A stretch of 64,000 nt of DNA from an uncultured Methanomicrobiales archaeon (lineage in GTDB: Archaea; Halobacteriota; Methanomicrobia; Methanomicrobiales; Methanospirillaceae), in the NCBI GenBank assembly GCA_963758915.1, contig CAVWXH010000016.1, forward strand, positions 1 to 64,000. The letters run 5' to 3'. The position numbers and the translations under genes were made by a program. This document shows, piece after piece, positions 34,261 through 47,967 of the stretch. Position 1 is the stretch's first letter, and each line of letters opens with the position of its first letter. The notes below the pieces were generated by a model. It did no database searches and was not told the origin of the DNA. It worked only from the letters and a program-made list of their open reading frames with translations.

Positions 34261-37182
34261 ATGAAGAAAATAGTCATAAAAGGGGCCCGGCAGCACAACC
34301 TCAAAAATATCACGGTCGAGCTCCCACGCGATAAATTAATTGTCATTACCGGCCTTTCCGGGTCCGGGAAGTCAACCCTTGCATTCGATACTATTTACGC
34401 CGAAGGGCAGCGAAGATATGTTGAATCGCTTTCAGCATACGCCCGACAGTTCCTCGGGTTGATGCAGAAACCGGATGTTGATGCAATTGAAGGGCTATCT
34501 CCTGCAATCTCGATCGAACAGAAGACCACATCGAAGAACCCGAGAAGTACCGTTGGCACGGTCACGGAGATTTACGACTACCTCCGGCTCCTTTTTGCAC
34601 GTATCGGTGTCCCGTACTGCCCTGTTCACAATATCCGGATTGAGGCACAGTCGCCGGTCCGCATCGCGGAAAGCATTGCAGAAGAATATCCGGGCCAGGT
34701 AACGATCCTTTCACCAATTATCAGGCAGAAGAAGGGCACCTACCTGCAGGTAATAAAAGACCTGAACAAGGAAGGCTATGCAAGGGTCCGTATCAATGGC
34801 GAGATCCACCGCACCGATGAAGAAGTCCCCCTTGAACGGTATAAGAAGCACGATATCGACGTGGTCATCGACCGGCTCGACTCAACTGATCGCTCACGTC
34901 TCGCGGAAGCCTGCGAAAATGCACTGAAGAAATCCGAAGGGCTGGTTATTGCTTCCGGTGGTGACGGAAAGGAAACCACGTACTCGGCAAACATGGCCTG
35001 CCCTGAATGTGGTATCACGTTCGAGGAACTGCAGCCGAGGATGTTCTCATTCAACAGCCCGTTCGGTGCCTGCGAGGTATGTAACGGTCTCGGGATCCGG
35101 ATGGAATTTGACCCGGACCTGATTATCCCGGACAGGAAACTCTCACTCGCTGATGGTGCGGTCGCGATGTACCGTAATTTTCTCGACGGTTACCGGAGCC
35201 AGCACCTCGGTGCCGTTGCAAAACACTTCGGTTTCTCGGTGTTTACCCCCATCAATGACCTTACCACACCGCAATATAATGCCCTGATGTTTGGTTCCGA
35301 AGAACAGGTCCGGTTCTCGATGAGCATGAAGAACGGGGATGCCCACTGGTCTCACAAGGGGGCATGGGAGGGGCTCCTGCCCCAGGCGACCCGCCTGTAT
35401 CACCAGACCCAGTCTGAATACCGGAAACGTGAACTCGAGAAATTCATGCGGATATCAGATTGCCCGAAATGCCATGGCAGGCGCCTGAAGGACAAGATCC
35501 TGGCCGTAAAAATTGCCGGGCATTCAATTATCGACATCACCGATTTACCGGTGACAAAATGCATGGACTTCTTCAAAACAATTGAATTAAACGAAAAAGA
35601 ACAGGAGATAGCGAAGCAGGTATTGAAGGAGATCAATGCCCGGCTCGAATTTCTTGAAAAAGTCGGGCTCGGGTACCTCACGCTCTCCCGGAGTGCAGGG
35701 ACGTTATCCGGTGGGGAAGCCCAGCGGATCAGGCTTGCCACCCAGATAGGCTCGAACCTCGTCGGTGTCCTCTATGTCCTCGATGAACCCTCAATCGGGC
35801 TCCACCAGCGGGACAACCAGAAACTGATTGACACCCTGCGCCGGCTCCGGGACCTCGGGAATACCCTGATCGTGGTCGAACATGATGAGGACACCATCCG
35901 GCATGCCGATTATGTCGTCGACATGGGGCCCGGTGCAGGGCTCCACGGGGGATATGTCGTCGCAGAGGGGACCCCGGTACAGATCGAGCGGAATAAGAAG
36001 TCCCTTACCGGCCAGTACCTTGCACGGACGATGAGGATTGATGTACCCGAGAAAAGAAGAAAAAGCAGGCACCATGTCCGGATAACCGGCTGCAGAGAAA
36101 ATAACTTAAAAGGAATCGATGTGGAGATCCCGATCGGTGTATTCACGGTCATCACCGGTGTATCGGGTAGCGGGAAATCCACCCTTATTTACGATACGCT
36201 CTACAAGGCCCTGATGAGGGTGCTCTATAACTCGAAGGAAAGTCCCGGGAAATATGAAAACCTGGAGTTTGACAGCGAGATTGACAAGGTAATCGTGATC
36301 GACCAGAGCCCGATCGGAAAGACACCCCGGTCGAACCCTGCGACGTATACCAAGGTATTCGATGAAGTCCGGAAAATCTTTGCCGAATCAAAGGAGGCGA
36401 AGGTACGGGGGTACCAGCCCGGAAGGTTCTCATTTAACCTGAAGGGTGGCCGGTGTGAGGCCTGTGAAGGGGACGGGCTGATCAAGATCGAGATGAACTT
36501 CCTCCCTGATGTCTATGTCGAATGCGAGGAATGCAAGGGGTCACGGTATAACCGGGAAACACTCGAGGTGAAATACAAGGGGAAATCAATATCTGATGTC
36601 CTGAATATGACGGTCGAAGAGGCAACCGAACTATTTGTAAATATTCCGGCAATACACCAGAAACTTGAGACCCTCTCGGCAGTAGGGCTGGATTATATCA
36701 AGTTAGGCCAGAGTTCAACCACGCTTTCCGGAGGAGAAGCACAGAGGATCAAACTTACCCGCGAGCTCGCAAAAAAAGCCACCGGGAAAACGATCTACTT
36801 CCTCGACGAACCCACAACCGGCCTCCATTTCCATGACGTCAAAAAACTGATCCGGGTCCTTGATGAACTGGTAGCCAAGGGAAATACCGTCGTTGTCATC
36901 GAACATAACCTGGATATCGTCAAATCTGCGGATTATATTATTGACCTCGGGCCTGGTGGGGGCGATGCCGGTGGTGAAGTGATTGCGACCGGTACCCCTG
37001 AGGAAATCGCAGGAAATAAAAAGAGTTACACCGGAGAGTTCCTCAAAGTCCTGCTCGACGATCGACCGGAAAAACAGCCGTCCCAAGCGGTGCATGGTAA
37101 TGGAAATACAACCATCCGTAGTAAAGTCGAAAGCCCGGAGAGCAGGGAAGGTATAAAGATCATACCGATCGGTAATTGGTAA
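34261..37182 (+). CDS. uvrA: Excinuclease ABC subunit A
   Basis: GARQHNLKN; GLSGSGKS; [11 protein letters not shown]; LSGGEAQRI twice; zinc fingers. Confidence 0.98.
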   Translation: MKKIVIKGARQHNLKNITVELPRDKLIVITGLSGSGKSTLAFDTIYAEGQRRYVESLSAYARQFLGLMQKPDVDAIEGLSPAISIEQKTTSKNPRSTVGTVTEIYDYLRLLFARIGVPYCPVHNIRIEAQSPVRIAESIAEEYPGQVTILSPIIRQKKGTYLQVIKDLNKEGYARVRINGEIHRTDEEVPLERYKKHDIDVVIDRLDSTDRSRLAEACENALKKSEGLVIASGGDGKETTYSANMACPECGITFEELQPRMFSFNSPFGACEVCNGLGIRMEFDPDLIIPDRKLSLADGAVAMYRNFLDGYRSQHLGAVAKHFGFSVFTPINDLTTPQYNALMFGSEEQVRFSMSMKNGDAHWSHKGAWEGLLPQATRLYHQTQSEYRKRELEKFMRISDCPKCHGRRLKDKILAVKIAGHSIIDITDLPVTKCMDFFKTIELNEKEQEIAKQVLKEINARLEFLEKVGLGYLTLSRSAGTLSGGEAQRIRLATQIGSNLVGVLYVLDEPSIGLHQRDNQKLIDTLRRLRDLGNTLIVVEHDEDTIRHADYVVDMGPGAGLHGGYVVAEGTPVQIERNKKSLTGQYLARTMRIDVPEKRRKSRHHVRITGCRENNLKGIDVEIPIGVFTVITGVSGSGKSTLIYDTLYKALMRVLYNSKESPGKYENLEFDSEIDKVIVIDQSPIGKTPRSNPATYTKVFDEVRKIFAESKEAKVRGYQPGRFSFNLKGGRCEACEGDGLIKIEMNFLPDVYVECEECKGSRYNRETLEVKYKGKSISDVLNMTVEEATELFVNIPAIHQKLETLSAVGLDYIKLGQSSTTLSGGEAQRIKLTRELAKKATGKTIYFLDEPTTGLHFHDVKKLIRVLDELVAKGNTVVVIEHNLDIVKSADYIIDLGPGGGDAGGEVIATGTPEEIAGNKKSYTGEFLKVLLDDRPEKQPSQAVHGNGNTTIRSKVESPESREGIKIIPIGNW

Positions 37183-37521
37183 AAGCCCTGAAAATGTAAG
37201 AACTGGCATTTCCTGGGAAATACCGGGAAAAATTAAGAATTGCCGGGAATGGAATATAAGCACGTAGTGGTGAAAAGGCAGGAACAAACAGTGGAATAAT
37301 TTCAAGGGTATGTATCCTGAATAATTGTCCTAGCCGGCCAGGGATACCGATCTAACTGGAACAACCCATGCGATATCGTTTTTTTTCAATTACCTGATAA
37401 AACTCAATTTTATATCTTTCGTCATTCGTTCCAGCCTGGTTTGACTATTGCATCGCCCCTCCATGAGATCCGGTAAAAAATATGATGCATAAACCGCTGC
37501 CGTTGTCAGGAGGACCTGACA

Positions 37522-39075
37522 TTGATAGATCTCTCCATGGTACCTGAAAGTCCGGGCTGCTATATCTTCCGTGATCCGATGCGACGATTCTCTATGTAGG
37601 TAAGGCAAAAAATCTTAAAAAACGGGTTACATCATATTTCCAGAAAAGTGACCATGATACAAAGACCCTCGCGCTGATCAGCCACATAAGTTCGCTCGAC
37701 TTCATGGTCACCAGCAACGAGGTTGAGGCCCTGATCCTTGAAAACAGTCTGATCAAGGAGAACCAGCCGCGGTACAATATCGATCTGAAGGATGCGAAAC
37801 AATACGCCTATATTGAGCTCAACGGATGAGGAGTTCCCCTGTATCAGGATTGCACGGAAGGCAACAACAAAAGGGACGTTTTTCGGACCATTTGTGTCAG
37901 CAGCCGAAAGGGACTACGTGTATTCTGTCGTAAAAAAAGTATTCCGGTTACGGACCTGTAAAAATCTCCGCAGGAGGGCATGCCTCCGGCACCACATCCA
38001 TACCTGTACCGCCCCCTGTCTCGGAGATCTCACGGTCGAAGATTACGGGGAACAGGTAAAAAAAGCAGTTTTGGTATTAAAGGGCCGGGGGACTGAACTT
38101 GTCCGGAAGCTGAAGGATGACATGCAGGCCCATTCTGAATCACAGGATTACGAAGGGGCAATGATGGTCCGGAACCAGATCAATGCAATAGAACGGCTGG
38201 GGCAGCGCCAGGATATGGTCCGCCCCTCTGATACCGAGGAAGACATTATTAATTACCTTGTTCAGGACGACAAAGTTTACCTGATGCTCTTTCCCGTTCA
38301 TTCCGGTACCCTTGCGAATAAAAAGGAGTATGTGTTCGATTATCGTGAGGATTTCTTTGAAGAATTCCTGGTCCAGTACTATTCGTTACATGAACCGCCC
38401 GGAGAACTGGTGGTGCCCGAGCCGGTCAGTGAACCGATGGAAGAATTTCTTTCAGGGCAGAAGGGCAGGAAAGTAACGGTTACCATACCCCAGAGAGGTG
38501 CAAAACGGAGGCTCCTTGATCTCATCAGGGTGAATATCGAGACGGTGTTTTTCGGGGACGAAATAAAACTTCATGAAGTCAGGGACCAGCTGGGCCTTTC
38601 AGATCTCCCGAGGGTGATTGAATGTTTCGATATCTCTCACCTGTCAGGAACTTCGGTTGTAGGTTCAATGGTCCGGTTCAGCGATGCCCGGCCGGACAAA
38701 AAGAATTACCGCCGGTTCCAGATCAAGACTGTTGAAGGGGTTGATGATTTCATGGCGATAGGTGAGATTGTCCGTCGCCGGTATTCCAGGTTAAAGGATG
38801 AAGGCAGCCCTATGCCAGACCTCGTGATGGTTGACGGTGGCAAAGGGCAGCTACATGCTGCGGTAAAGGAAATTAAAAAGTTAGGGCTTTCACTTCCCGT
38901 CATCGCCCTCGCAAAACGCGAAGAGGAGATCTACATGACCGGCCATGCTCACCCGATCCCCGTTGACCGGAAGGAGAGGGCCTCGTTGTTTCTCCAGGAG
39001 ATACGGGATGAAGCACACCGGTTTGCAGTTACCTATCACCGGTTGCTCCGGAAAAAGAAATCGATCAAAGGATAA
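37522..39075 (+). CDS. uvrC: Excinuclease ABC subunit C (TTG start, frameshifted, no C-terminal HhH domain visible)
   Basis: PESPGCY..YVGKAKNLKKRVTSYF; EALILEN.LIK..PRYN; IECFDISH; PDLVMVDGGKGQL; IRDEAHRFA. Confidence 0.93.
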
Positions 39076-39168
39076 TATTGGGAAATTTGGTTTTATGAAA
39101 ACAGACATGAACCGTGAGTTCAATTGATCGGGGTACACTTCCCGTTTATGTGTGTTTCTATAATGTTC

Positions 39169-39432
39169 TGCTTTGTTGAAACCCTGCGGGGTCATAAAAA
39201 GAAGAGGGAAATACGAATACGGGAGAGAGTTTCACCCCCTCTCTGCCCCACCCCCAGTAAGATATTCATTGGGCAGGGTTTCGGCGAAGGCACATTAAAT
39301 CCAGATTATTTTTGGATAGTCTCTATCCCAACCGGGGTCGCCAAAGCGGCGGGGCGTGAGCCCCGGGAGCGTGACGGAATTTTCGAACGTACCCGAAGTC
39401 GCTAGAAATTATCAGAGCATTTCTACAGAGCC
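39169..39432 (-). mobile_element. MITE-like element, copy C (core only)
   Basis: Ends tGCTTTGTTGAAAC and TTCTACAGAGCC; reverse complement of the core of copy A. Confidence 0.8.
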
Positions 39433-39670
39433 TGAAGTTCAAAATGTATGGTATGAATCCAGGGTTTTCCTGCAGCATCTTGACGTCAGGAATATCACGT
39501 GAAATGCAGGTATCCAAATTATTATTGAATATCCGGCTGATAAATTTGTGAATTACCAGGCATCTGAATAAAAAATTTGTAAACCAATAATTGACCTTGA
39601 TTCAGGTTTAGAATAAAAAATTTAAAAATAATCCCGGAAAAACAATGATCTGATTTCACAATTCACTACC

Positions 39671-41606
39671 ATGACCGATTTTAACCTGCATGCACCATTC
39701 GAACCAAAAGGCTCCCAGCCTGAGGCAATACAGAAACTGGTCACGCGGTATCAGTGAAGGGATGCAATACCAGACACTTCTCGGGGTTACCGGGTCGGGT
39801 AAGACGTTTACCATGGCAAACGTGATCAGGGATTCAGGAAGGCCTGCCCTGGTCATCGCTCACAACAAGACCCTTGCAGCACAATTCTACAATGAATTCC
39901 GGGAATTTTTCCCTGATAACCGGGTCGAATATTTTGTATCATACTATGACTATTACCAGCCTGAATCGTATATCCCCGCAAAAGACCAGTATATCGAGAA
40001 AGATTCGCAGATAAACCCGAAGATCGAGCAACTCCGCCTGTCAGCGACCGCATCGCTCCTGTCCCGGCGGGATGTAATTGTTGTCGCCTCGGTCTCCTGT
40101 ATATACGGTCTTGGCCGGCCGGAAAATTTCCGGAATATGGGGTTCGAGGTAAAAGTAAACGAACGGAGTTCAAGGAAACAGATCATCAGTGACCTGGTCG
40201 CCTGCCAGTTCCAGAGAAATGACCTTGAACTCATGCCCGGACGTTTCAGGGTGAAAGGAGATACCATTGACCTGATCCCCGGTTATTTCAATAATATCAT
40301 CCGGGTCGAACTGTTTGGGGACAACATCGAACGGATCATGGAGATCGACAAAAATACCGGACAGGTCAAAGAGAAGATGAACTATTTCTACGTATACCCT
40401 GCACGGCATTATGTTATTCCGGAGGAAGACCAGAAACGTGCGATGGTGACCATACGGGAGGAATTGAAAGAACGTCTTCCGGAACTCGGGCTCATCGAAT
40501 CATACCGGCTTGAACAGCGGACCCGGTACGACCTCGAGATGATCGAGGAAAGCGGGAGCTGCAAGGGGATAGAAAATTATTCCCGGCACTTTGATTTCCG
40601 CAAACCGGGAGAAAAACCCTATTGTCTCCTCGATTATTTCCCTGATGATTTTATTCTCTTTATTGATGAGAGTCACCAGACTATACCGCAGCTTAACGGG
40701 ATGTACAAGGGAGACCGTTCGAGGAAACAGTCCCTTATTGATTACGGGTTCCGCCTTCCAAGTGCGTATGATAACCGGCCGCTCATGTTCAAAGAGTTCG
40801 AGCAGTACATGCACCAGGTCATCTTCGTATCCGCCACCCCTGCGGACTACGAACGTGAGCATTCGGGCCAGGTCGTCGAGCAGATTATCAGGCCGACCGG
40901 GCTTGTTGACCCTGAAGTCGAGGTCAGGAAGACGGAAGGCCAGACAGAGGACGTGATCGGTGAGATCGAGACCACGATTGCCCGTGGTGACCGGGTACTC
41001 CTGACAACCCTGACGAAAAAGCTTGCCGAGGAATATACCGAGTACCTTGCCGGCCGGGGGATCAGGACACGGTACCTGCATTCAGAAATAGATACGCTCC
41101 AGAGGACCGAGATCATCAGGGAACTGAGGCTTGGTAAGTTCGATGTGCTTGTCGGGATCAACCTTCTCCGTGAAGGGCTCGATATCCCGGAAGTGGGGTT
41201 TATCGGGATCCTCGATGCTGACAAGGAGGGGTTCCTGCGGGACGCGAGAAGCCTGATCCAGATTATCGGGCGGGCAGCCCGTAATGTCAATGCCCATGTG
41301 GTATTATACGCTGACAATATCACGAAGTCAATAGAACTGGCACTTTCGGAGACGAAAAGGCGCCGCGAGATGCAACTTGCTTACAACAAGGAGCACAACA
41401 TCGTCCCTCAGACCATAATAAAACCGGTACGAGAGAAGGAGGTCGATATCAAGGATGTCAAGCACATTCCGAAGGTTGAGTTGCCGAACCTGATCATCGA
41501 ACTTGAAGCAGCAATGAAGGCCGCTGCAGAGAACCTTGATTTCGAGGAGGCAATCCGGATACGCGACCAGGTCAATTCATTGAAAAAGAGGCTCGGGGAG
41601 AGTTGA
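39671..41606 (+). CDS. uvrB: Excinuclease ABC subunit B (one 5' frameshift)
   Basis: QTLLGVTGSGKTFT; FVSYYDYYQPE; DESH; VSATP; GINLLREGLD; QIIGRAARN. Confidence 0.98.
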
Positions 41607-41626
41607 AAGGAGAGATTGTAATTTTT

Positions 41627-41979
41627 ACCTCTGTATAAACACACATGAACGGGAAGTTCACACCCGGATGATTGAATAGCTCGTTAATAATCTCCTTATA
41701 TTGGGGTCCTTTCAGGCATTTTCATTGGAAATCCTACGGGTAATAAAAAAACTAGTAAAACTGCTTAGAATGGGGTTTCACACCTTCCCCGTCCTACCAC
41801 CTTTAAGATATTCCTGGCAAGGATTTAACTGGGGCATTTAAAAAAAAATTTTAGAGGTTGTGAGATCATACCCTATCCCAACCGGGGTCGCCAAAGCGGC
41901 GGGCCTGAGCCCCGGGAGCGTGAGTAAATTTTTGAATAACCTAATGCACAAAATAGAGTGAGAGGGTTTCACCAAAGGG
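41627..41979. mobile_element. MITE-like element, copy D (L-module forward, core inverted)
   Basis: ctctgtataaacacacatgaacgggaagttcacaccc, then the reverse-complement core, ending gtttcaccaaaggg. Confidence 0.78.
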
Positions 41980-42697
41980 CTATTTCATTCTAATCCGGAA
42001 TACCACGCTGACTTGGGACTTCTGCATCCAGGCGTCACTTTCGTCCGGGATAGTATTTTTTTCATGTTAACCTGTTTTCTCTTGTTGTAAAATAACGTTT
42101 TGTGAGGATTCCGGCACTCCCGGATAATCTATCATAAAAAAACGGGTAGAACTAGCAGAAATTCAGAATCTGGTTGTTATGTTCTCTCAAAAATGGATAC
42201 GTATAGAATAGTCTGGCAGGCTGATGTATGGGGAGATCGATCTGAAAAAAGGACAAAGAGGAATGTATTTATAAATAATTGTATCCTGGTATAATACTCT
42301 GCATGGTTTACCGTGTTAAGCTGTTCAGTAACTGGAACATTTTTTTCATTTCAATACCCGTTCTCCATTTCAATTATTCTGGTATTCCGGAATCCTGTAT
42401 TGATACTCAAATGACATTATTTTGTAATAACCGCGCGTAAAGCCGTTTTCATAAAAATGTCTGCCAATACGCTGACATATGGCTGCCGGAAAAAAATCTC
42501 ATATACTGGAAAGTGTTTACCTTGTTAAGCTATTAACCAATTATATTCAATTTGGCCTTAATTTCTGTCAATCCTACCCCTATCACTTTGCAAATTCTGT
42601 ACCTTAGTATGGAACCCGTTGACACCCTGATATCACATTTAACGCGCTCCGGTGATGCGATATCGGAAAAAACGGGTGTATAAAAGACCAAAATTCA

Positions 42698-42712
42698 CGA
42701 AAAGTTTAAATA
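42698..42712 (+). promoter_or_regulatory. Archaeal BRE-TATA promoter for the PKD gene
   Basis: CGAAAAG-TTTAAATA about 100 bp upstream of the start codon. Confidence 0.5.
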
Positions 42713-42815
42713 TGTTACAGGAGAGGATATGTTGAATACATTTATATCGGGGTTTTGGGATGTCAAGCATCGCAGATTTCCGATTCAAGGATGTACAAAA
42801 CCAGACTGAGCTCAG

Positions 42816-45800
42816 GTGATCAAGGTGACAACAACGAAGTTTACGAATGCGGCTATTATTATTGGAGTATTGCTGTTACTGGTGCTGCCAGCGTGTGCAG
42901 TCGCACCGACAATTATAAGCACATCTCCCAGTAGTGGAATGAATAATACTCTTGTATTGGTTTACAACATCGCAGGAACTGATTTTCCTGATCAAAACAA
43001 TGCGAGTGTGTATCTGAATCGGACAGGACAAACCGACTTCTATGCAGATAGTGTCATTGTAGATTCAAGCACTCAAATTCAGTGTATTCTGGATCTGACG
43101 CAGAAACCACTGTTTGGACAATGGAATGTTGTTGTAAAAAATACTTCGAGTCATGGAAACCGGGATTGGAATTAACAACTTTTCCGTAATAAATCCCGCA
43201 CCGACTCTGACTGGAACAGGTATTACACCGACTTCTGGGTATAACAACAATACCGCATTACCATTTACGGTAACAGGGACCAATTTCATATCCGGCGCGA
43301 GGGTAAACCTTACAAAATCCTTATCTCCAAATATAACTGCAACGATTTCCAGTTATTCAGGGAACACAATTACCGGAACCTTAGACATTTCAACTGCAGC
43401 AAATGGCACCTGGTATGTCTATGTTACCAACCCCGATGAACAAGTCACATCAGAAGTGAAGACATTCACTATCAACTGGCCACTTCCCACGATTTCCGGA
43501 TTTATACCGTCCCAAAGTATAAATAACGGCCCTCAGTCGATGACGATCAACGGGAACTCTTTCAGGTCCGATTCCACAGCTTATTTGAATAAGACTGGAT
43601 ATGCTGATATCAACCCGATCAGTATGCCTACGCCCACATCAAACCAGACGATTCCTCAATTCAATCTTGACGGTGTTCCTGTGGGTTCTTGGAATGTGAT
43701 AGTCCAGAATTCCGATGGTCCAAAAGCGACAGCAGCTAATAAATTCTGGATATTTTATCCCGATGCACCCGCTGTTGCTAATATCACTCCTTCCACGGGT
43801 GTAAATACAACTACTATCAGCGGATTTATGATTGGGGGTTCAGGATTCCGGCCAGGTGTCATAGTTTTACTGAATAAAACAGGCCAGACCGATATCCTTG
43901 CAACATCCATTGTTGTGAATAACCTGAGCTATATCACCTGTGATCTGCCAATATCAGGAGCACAAACCGGCGCATGGGATGTTAAAGTAATAAATAATGA
44001 TACTCTCCCCAGTCTTACCTCTCCCACATTCACCATCACCACGCCACCATCGCCAACTGCATCTTTCACTGCAGTTCCTATATCGGGGCCAGTCCCACTG
44101 AATGTCCAGTTTAATGATACATCAATAAATGCTCCAACTGCATGGAATTGGAGTTTCGGCGATGGTACCCCTGACTTCAACACAACAAATCCTTCGTTAA
44201 GAAATACAACACACACCTATGCAGCAGGTACCTGGTCAGCCCAGTTAACAGCAAGCAATGCCTATGGTAGCTCGCCAAGTGCACCACAGGTTATTACCGT
44301 GTCCCCTCCACCAGTTGCCAACTTCACTTATACACCAGTAAATGGCTTTGCACCCCTGCATGTTTTCTTCAGTGACACATCCGTGACAGGTATTACCAGT
44401 CAATTGTGGCACTTTGGAATTGATGCACATACGGCAACAGGGCCGACTACGGACTTCACGTATAATGATCCGGGTACCTACACGGTCAACCTTACTGCTA
44501 CCAATGCATCAGGGACCAGTTCAATTCAAAAAACTGTCCTTGTGACGACAAAACCCGTTGCGAACTTTACTGGTACCCCAACGTCGGGCACAAAGCCCCT
44601 ACTCGTGAACTTCACGGATCTTTCAACAGATACAACAGGATGGTACTGGGACTTTGGTGATGGTACAAACTCGACCCTGCAGAACCCGAACCACTCCTAC
44701 ACTGCTGTGGGATCTTACACTGTCAGTCTGATTCCCTCCAATGCTGGTGGCAATGGGGACCTCCTGGTCAATACCGGCTACATTACAGTGCTCCCAGAGA
44801 TCCCGGTTGCCAGTTTTACCGCAAATCCAGTGATGGGAACTACCCCACTTCTGGTAACATTCAATGATACGTCATCCAATATTCCAACGTCATGGGCCTG
44901 GGATTTCGGAGATGGAGCGACATCGGCACTAAAGAATACGACCCATACGTTCACCACCGGGACCTGGATTGTTAATCTTACCGCCTCAAATAGCGATGGG
45001 AGCAACACGACGGAACCAGGTACAACAATAACCGTCAATCCAGCTCTCCCTGAAGCTGCCTTTACTGCGGACCACTACTCAGGGATTGCTCCTCTGATGG
45101 TGAACTTCACTGATTCATCCCTGTATGCACCTACTGCCTGGAACTGGAGTTTCGGTGATGGGACATATTCACTGTTGCAGAACCCCTCAAAGGTTTTCAG
45201 TGTTGGGACCTGGAATGTTACCCTTACAGCATCGAATAGTGCAGGAAGTAATACTTCGTCACCGGCTGCTATAACAGTAAACCCGGTACCTGTACCACCC
45301 GTTGCAAATATTATTGCAACCCCCGACAAGGGATTCGTTCCTCTTACGGTAACGTTTACTGATGGTTCAGAATCAGGAATCTTAAGTTGGAACTGGAACT
45401 TTGGTGATGGATCCTCGAGCACATTGCAAAATCCAACTCCAAAACTCTATAGCAGTGCACAAAATTTCACGGTAAATCTGGAAGTTACTAATGCATCTGG
45501 CACGAACTCGACAACGAAGGCAATTATTGTAACCAACAAGCCGGTTTCCGATTTCAACGCAACGCCGACGTCAGGCATCAGGCCGTTACTGGTAAACTTT
45601 ACCGACCTGTCTACTGACGCAACCGGATGGTATTGGGACTTTGGAGACGGGACCAATTCCACAGAGCCAAACCCTGGTCACATATATGCTGATGAAGGGA
45701 CCTACAGCGTCAGCCTGACTGCAAAGAATGCCGGTGGAAACGGGGATACGGTAGCCAAAATCGATTACATCTCTGCAAGAATTCCAGGACCAGTCGCGGG

Positions 45801-47546
45801 TTTCACCGCTGCTCCGACACATGGAGATGTCCCATTGGCAGTCCAGTTCAATGACACCTCCACAAATGGACCCACTTCCTGGAACTGGGACTTTGGAGAT
45901 TTCAGCTCTTCAAGCATGCAAAATCCAAGCCACATTTACACAACACCCGGGGTCTATACCGTAAGGCTTGAGGCGTCGAATACAGGTGGTACAAACACGT
46001 CCGTAATGCCAGACCTGATTAACGCTACCCAGCCGAAACCCGTAGCGGAATTCACCGGCTACCCAGCAGTGGAATTGCACGGAGTGACCGAGTTCCACTT
46101 TGTTGACCTGTCAACAAACAACCCGACTTCATGGCTCTGGAATTTCGGTGACAGTGCTACATCCAATGTACAGAATCCCAATCATACGTATCAAACAAGA
46201 GGAAATTACACAGTTTCACTGACTGTGACGAATGCAGGTGGCAGTGATACCGCTAAGCAGAGGGTCCGATTGTTGTAACAAACCCACGACCAATCGCGAA
46301 TTTCACCGGTACACCAAGATTAGGGTCAGTCCCTCTGAAAGTCCAGTTTACTGACACATCTTCAGGTATTTCCCTACTACCTGGATATGGGACTTTGGGG
46401 ACAATACCATTGGAACCGGATCGTAACCCGGTCCATACTTACAATAAGGCCGGAAGTTACAATGTTCCCTTATGGCAATAGATGCCAGACCTCGGGATTT
46501 CCGCAATTCCACCCTGACGAGACCGGCGTACATAACAGCGACAAACACACCGTTTGCTGAATTCACTGCGAGCCCGACAAGCGGGATAGTCCCGCTCTTT
46601 GTGAGGTTTACAGACCAGTCACAGGGTAATCCGTTCCGGTACTACTGGAAGTTTGGAGACGGTGACGGTCTCCAGTGCGAAGAACCCCACACACTACTAC
46701 AAGAGACCCGGTGTATACACCGTTACGTAGACGGTCCAGAATATTGCTGGATGAATACAACGTCAAGGAGAACCTGATTACCGTAACGCACTGCCCGCAG
46801 GCAAGTTTCGTCGTAAATGCGACATCAGGAATTGCACCCAAGACAATCCGGTTCACTGACACCTCAACTGGTGTTCCGAATGCCTGGAACTGGGACTTTG
46901 GAGACGGGTCCCCGGTTCTCGACTGAACAGAACCCGGTCCACACCTACTATTCATCCGGTGCTCTATCAGTGTCCAGTTGATAGTGTTCGAACGGAATCG
47001 GGTCGAGCACGGCAACAAAGCCCTCCCTGATTAGCATCGGAACCCCGACTGGTGCTGATTTCACGTTCAAGCCTGCAGAGGGTGATGTACCATTAATGAT
47101 ACAGTTTACCGATAATTCCGCGGGTGGTCCGATCCTCATCTACAAATGGCAGTTCGGCGACGGGTATGTTTCCAAAGATCCAGAACCCGGTCCATACCTA
47201 TATGAAACCAGGGAATTACACGGTGACCCTGACTATTACAGCCAATACCGGTGCAGTATCATCTGTCTCAAAGGAAGTAGTCCTGACAGGTACACCGGTA
47301 GCATCGTTCAAGGCAAACCCGACTGGCGGCTCAACTCCATTGACCGTCCAGTTCACCGATACCTCTTCAAATAATCCGACAACCTGGTTCTGGACATACG
47401 GTGACGGGACATTTGGGAATGTGAAAAATCCAGTCCATACCTATAATTCTCCAGGCACCTACACGGTGAAGATGTTCGCCAGTAACAGTTATGGCGACGA
47501 CACCGTTACCTATCCCGGCCTCATAAGTGTGAGCCAGTTCCCATAA
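42816..47546 (+). CDS. Large secreted surface protein, about 4 IPT/TIG-like domains and about 14 PKD domains (several frameshifts)
   Basis: Signal peptide; repeated P.A.F...P.SG..PL.V.FTD.S..PT.W.WDFGDG; many N-x-S/T sequons. Confidence 0.92.
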
Positions 47547-47743
47547 CTTTTTTTAGAAACGTAACTATTATCCGCGGATAACTTTTTGAAAGGTTTCGTT
47601 GTTACATAGTTATTTACAGGTAATTATTCACGGAATTAATCAAATTCCACGTAGGAATAAACGGTATGATGGGCAAAAACCGGCTTTTTTTAACCTTCTA
47701 AACCCATCTTCATGATATCAGGTTGTCCGGTAATTATCTCCTG

Positions 47744-47882
47744 CTCCCGGTGCGGAGCTCCGGGAGTGTGACGAAATTTTGGAATTACCAATCTGCAAGA
47801 TAGATTTGAGAGGATTTCCCATCAAATCGTCCGGGTGGGAACTCCATGTTCATGTGTGTTTCTACAGAGCGTGCTATGAGCC
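47744..47882 (-). mobile_element. Partial MITE-like element, copy E (shortened L-module plus start of the core; extended end GGCTCATAGCAC)
   Basis: Reverse complement reads ggctcatagcacgctctgtagaaacacacatgaac..ggaaatcctctcaaatctatcttgcagattggtaattccaaaatttcgtcac. Confidence 0.75.
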
Positions 47883-47967
47883 GTTGGCTCATAGATGAGT
47901 ATGAAAAAGGTCGTCTTTCAGGTGGTTCGTGGAGTTTTTCATACCAGCCCAAAAAACGAGAAAAAAA

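Noticed and set aside
44040-47546. Diversity-generating retroelement TR/VR pair among similar PKD repeats
   Set aside because: Differences are not adenine-specific and no reverse transcriptase is present.
47568-47581. Perfect palindrome TTATCCGCGGATAA
   Set aside because: A single occurrence between convergent genes with no supporting context.
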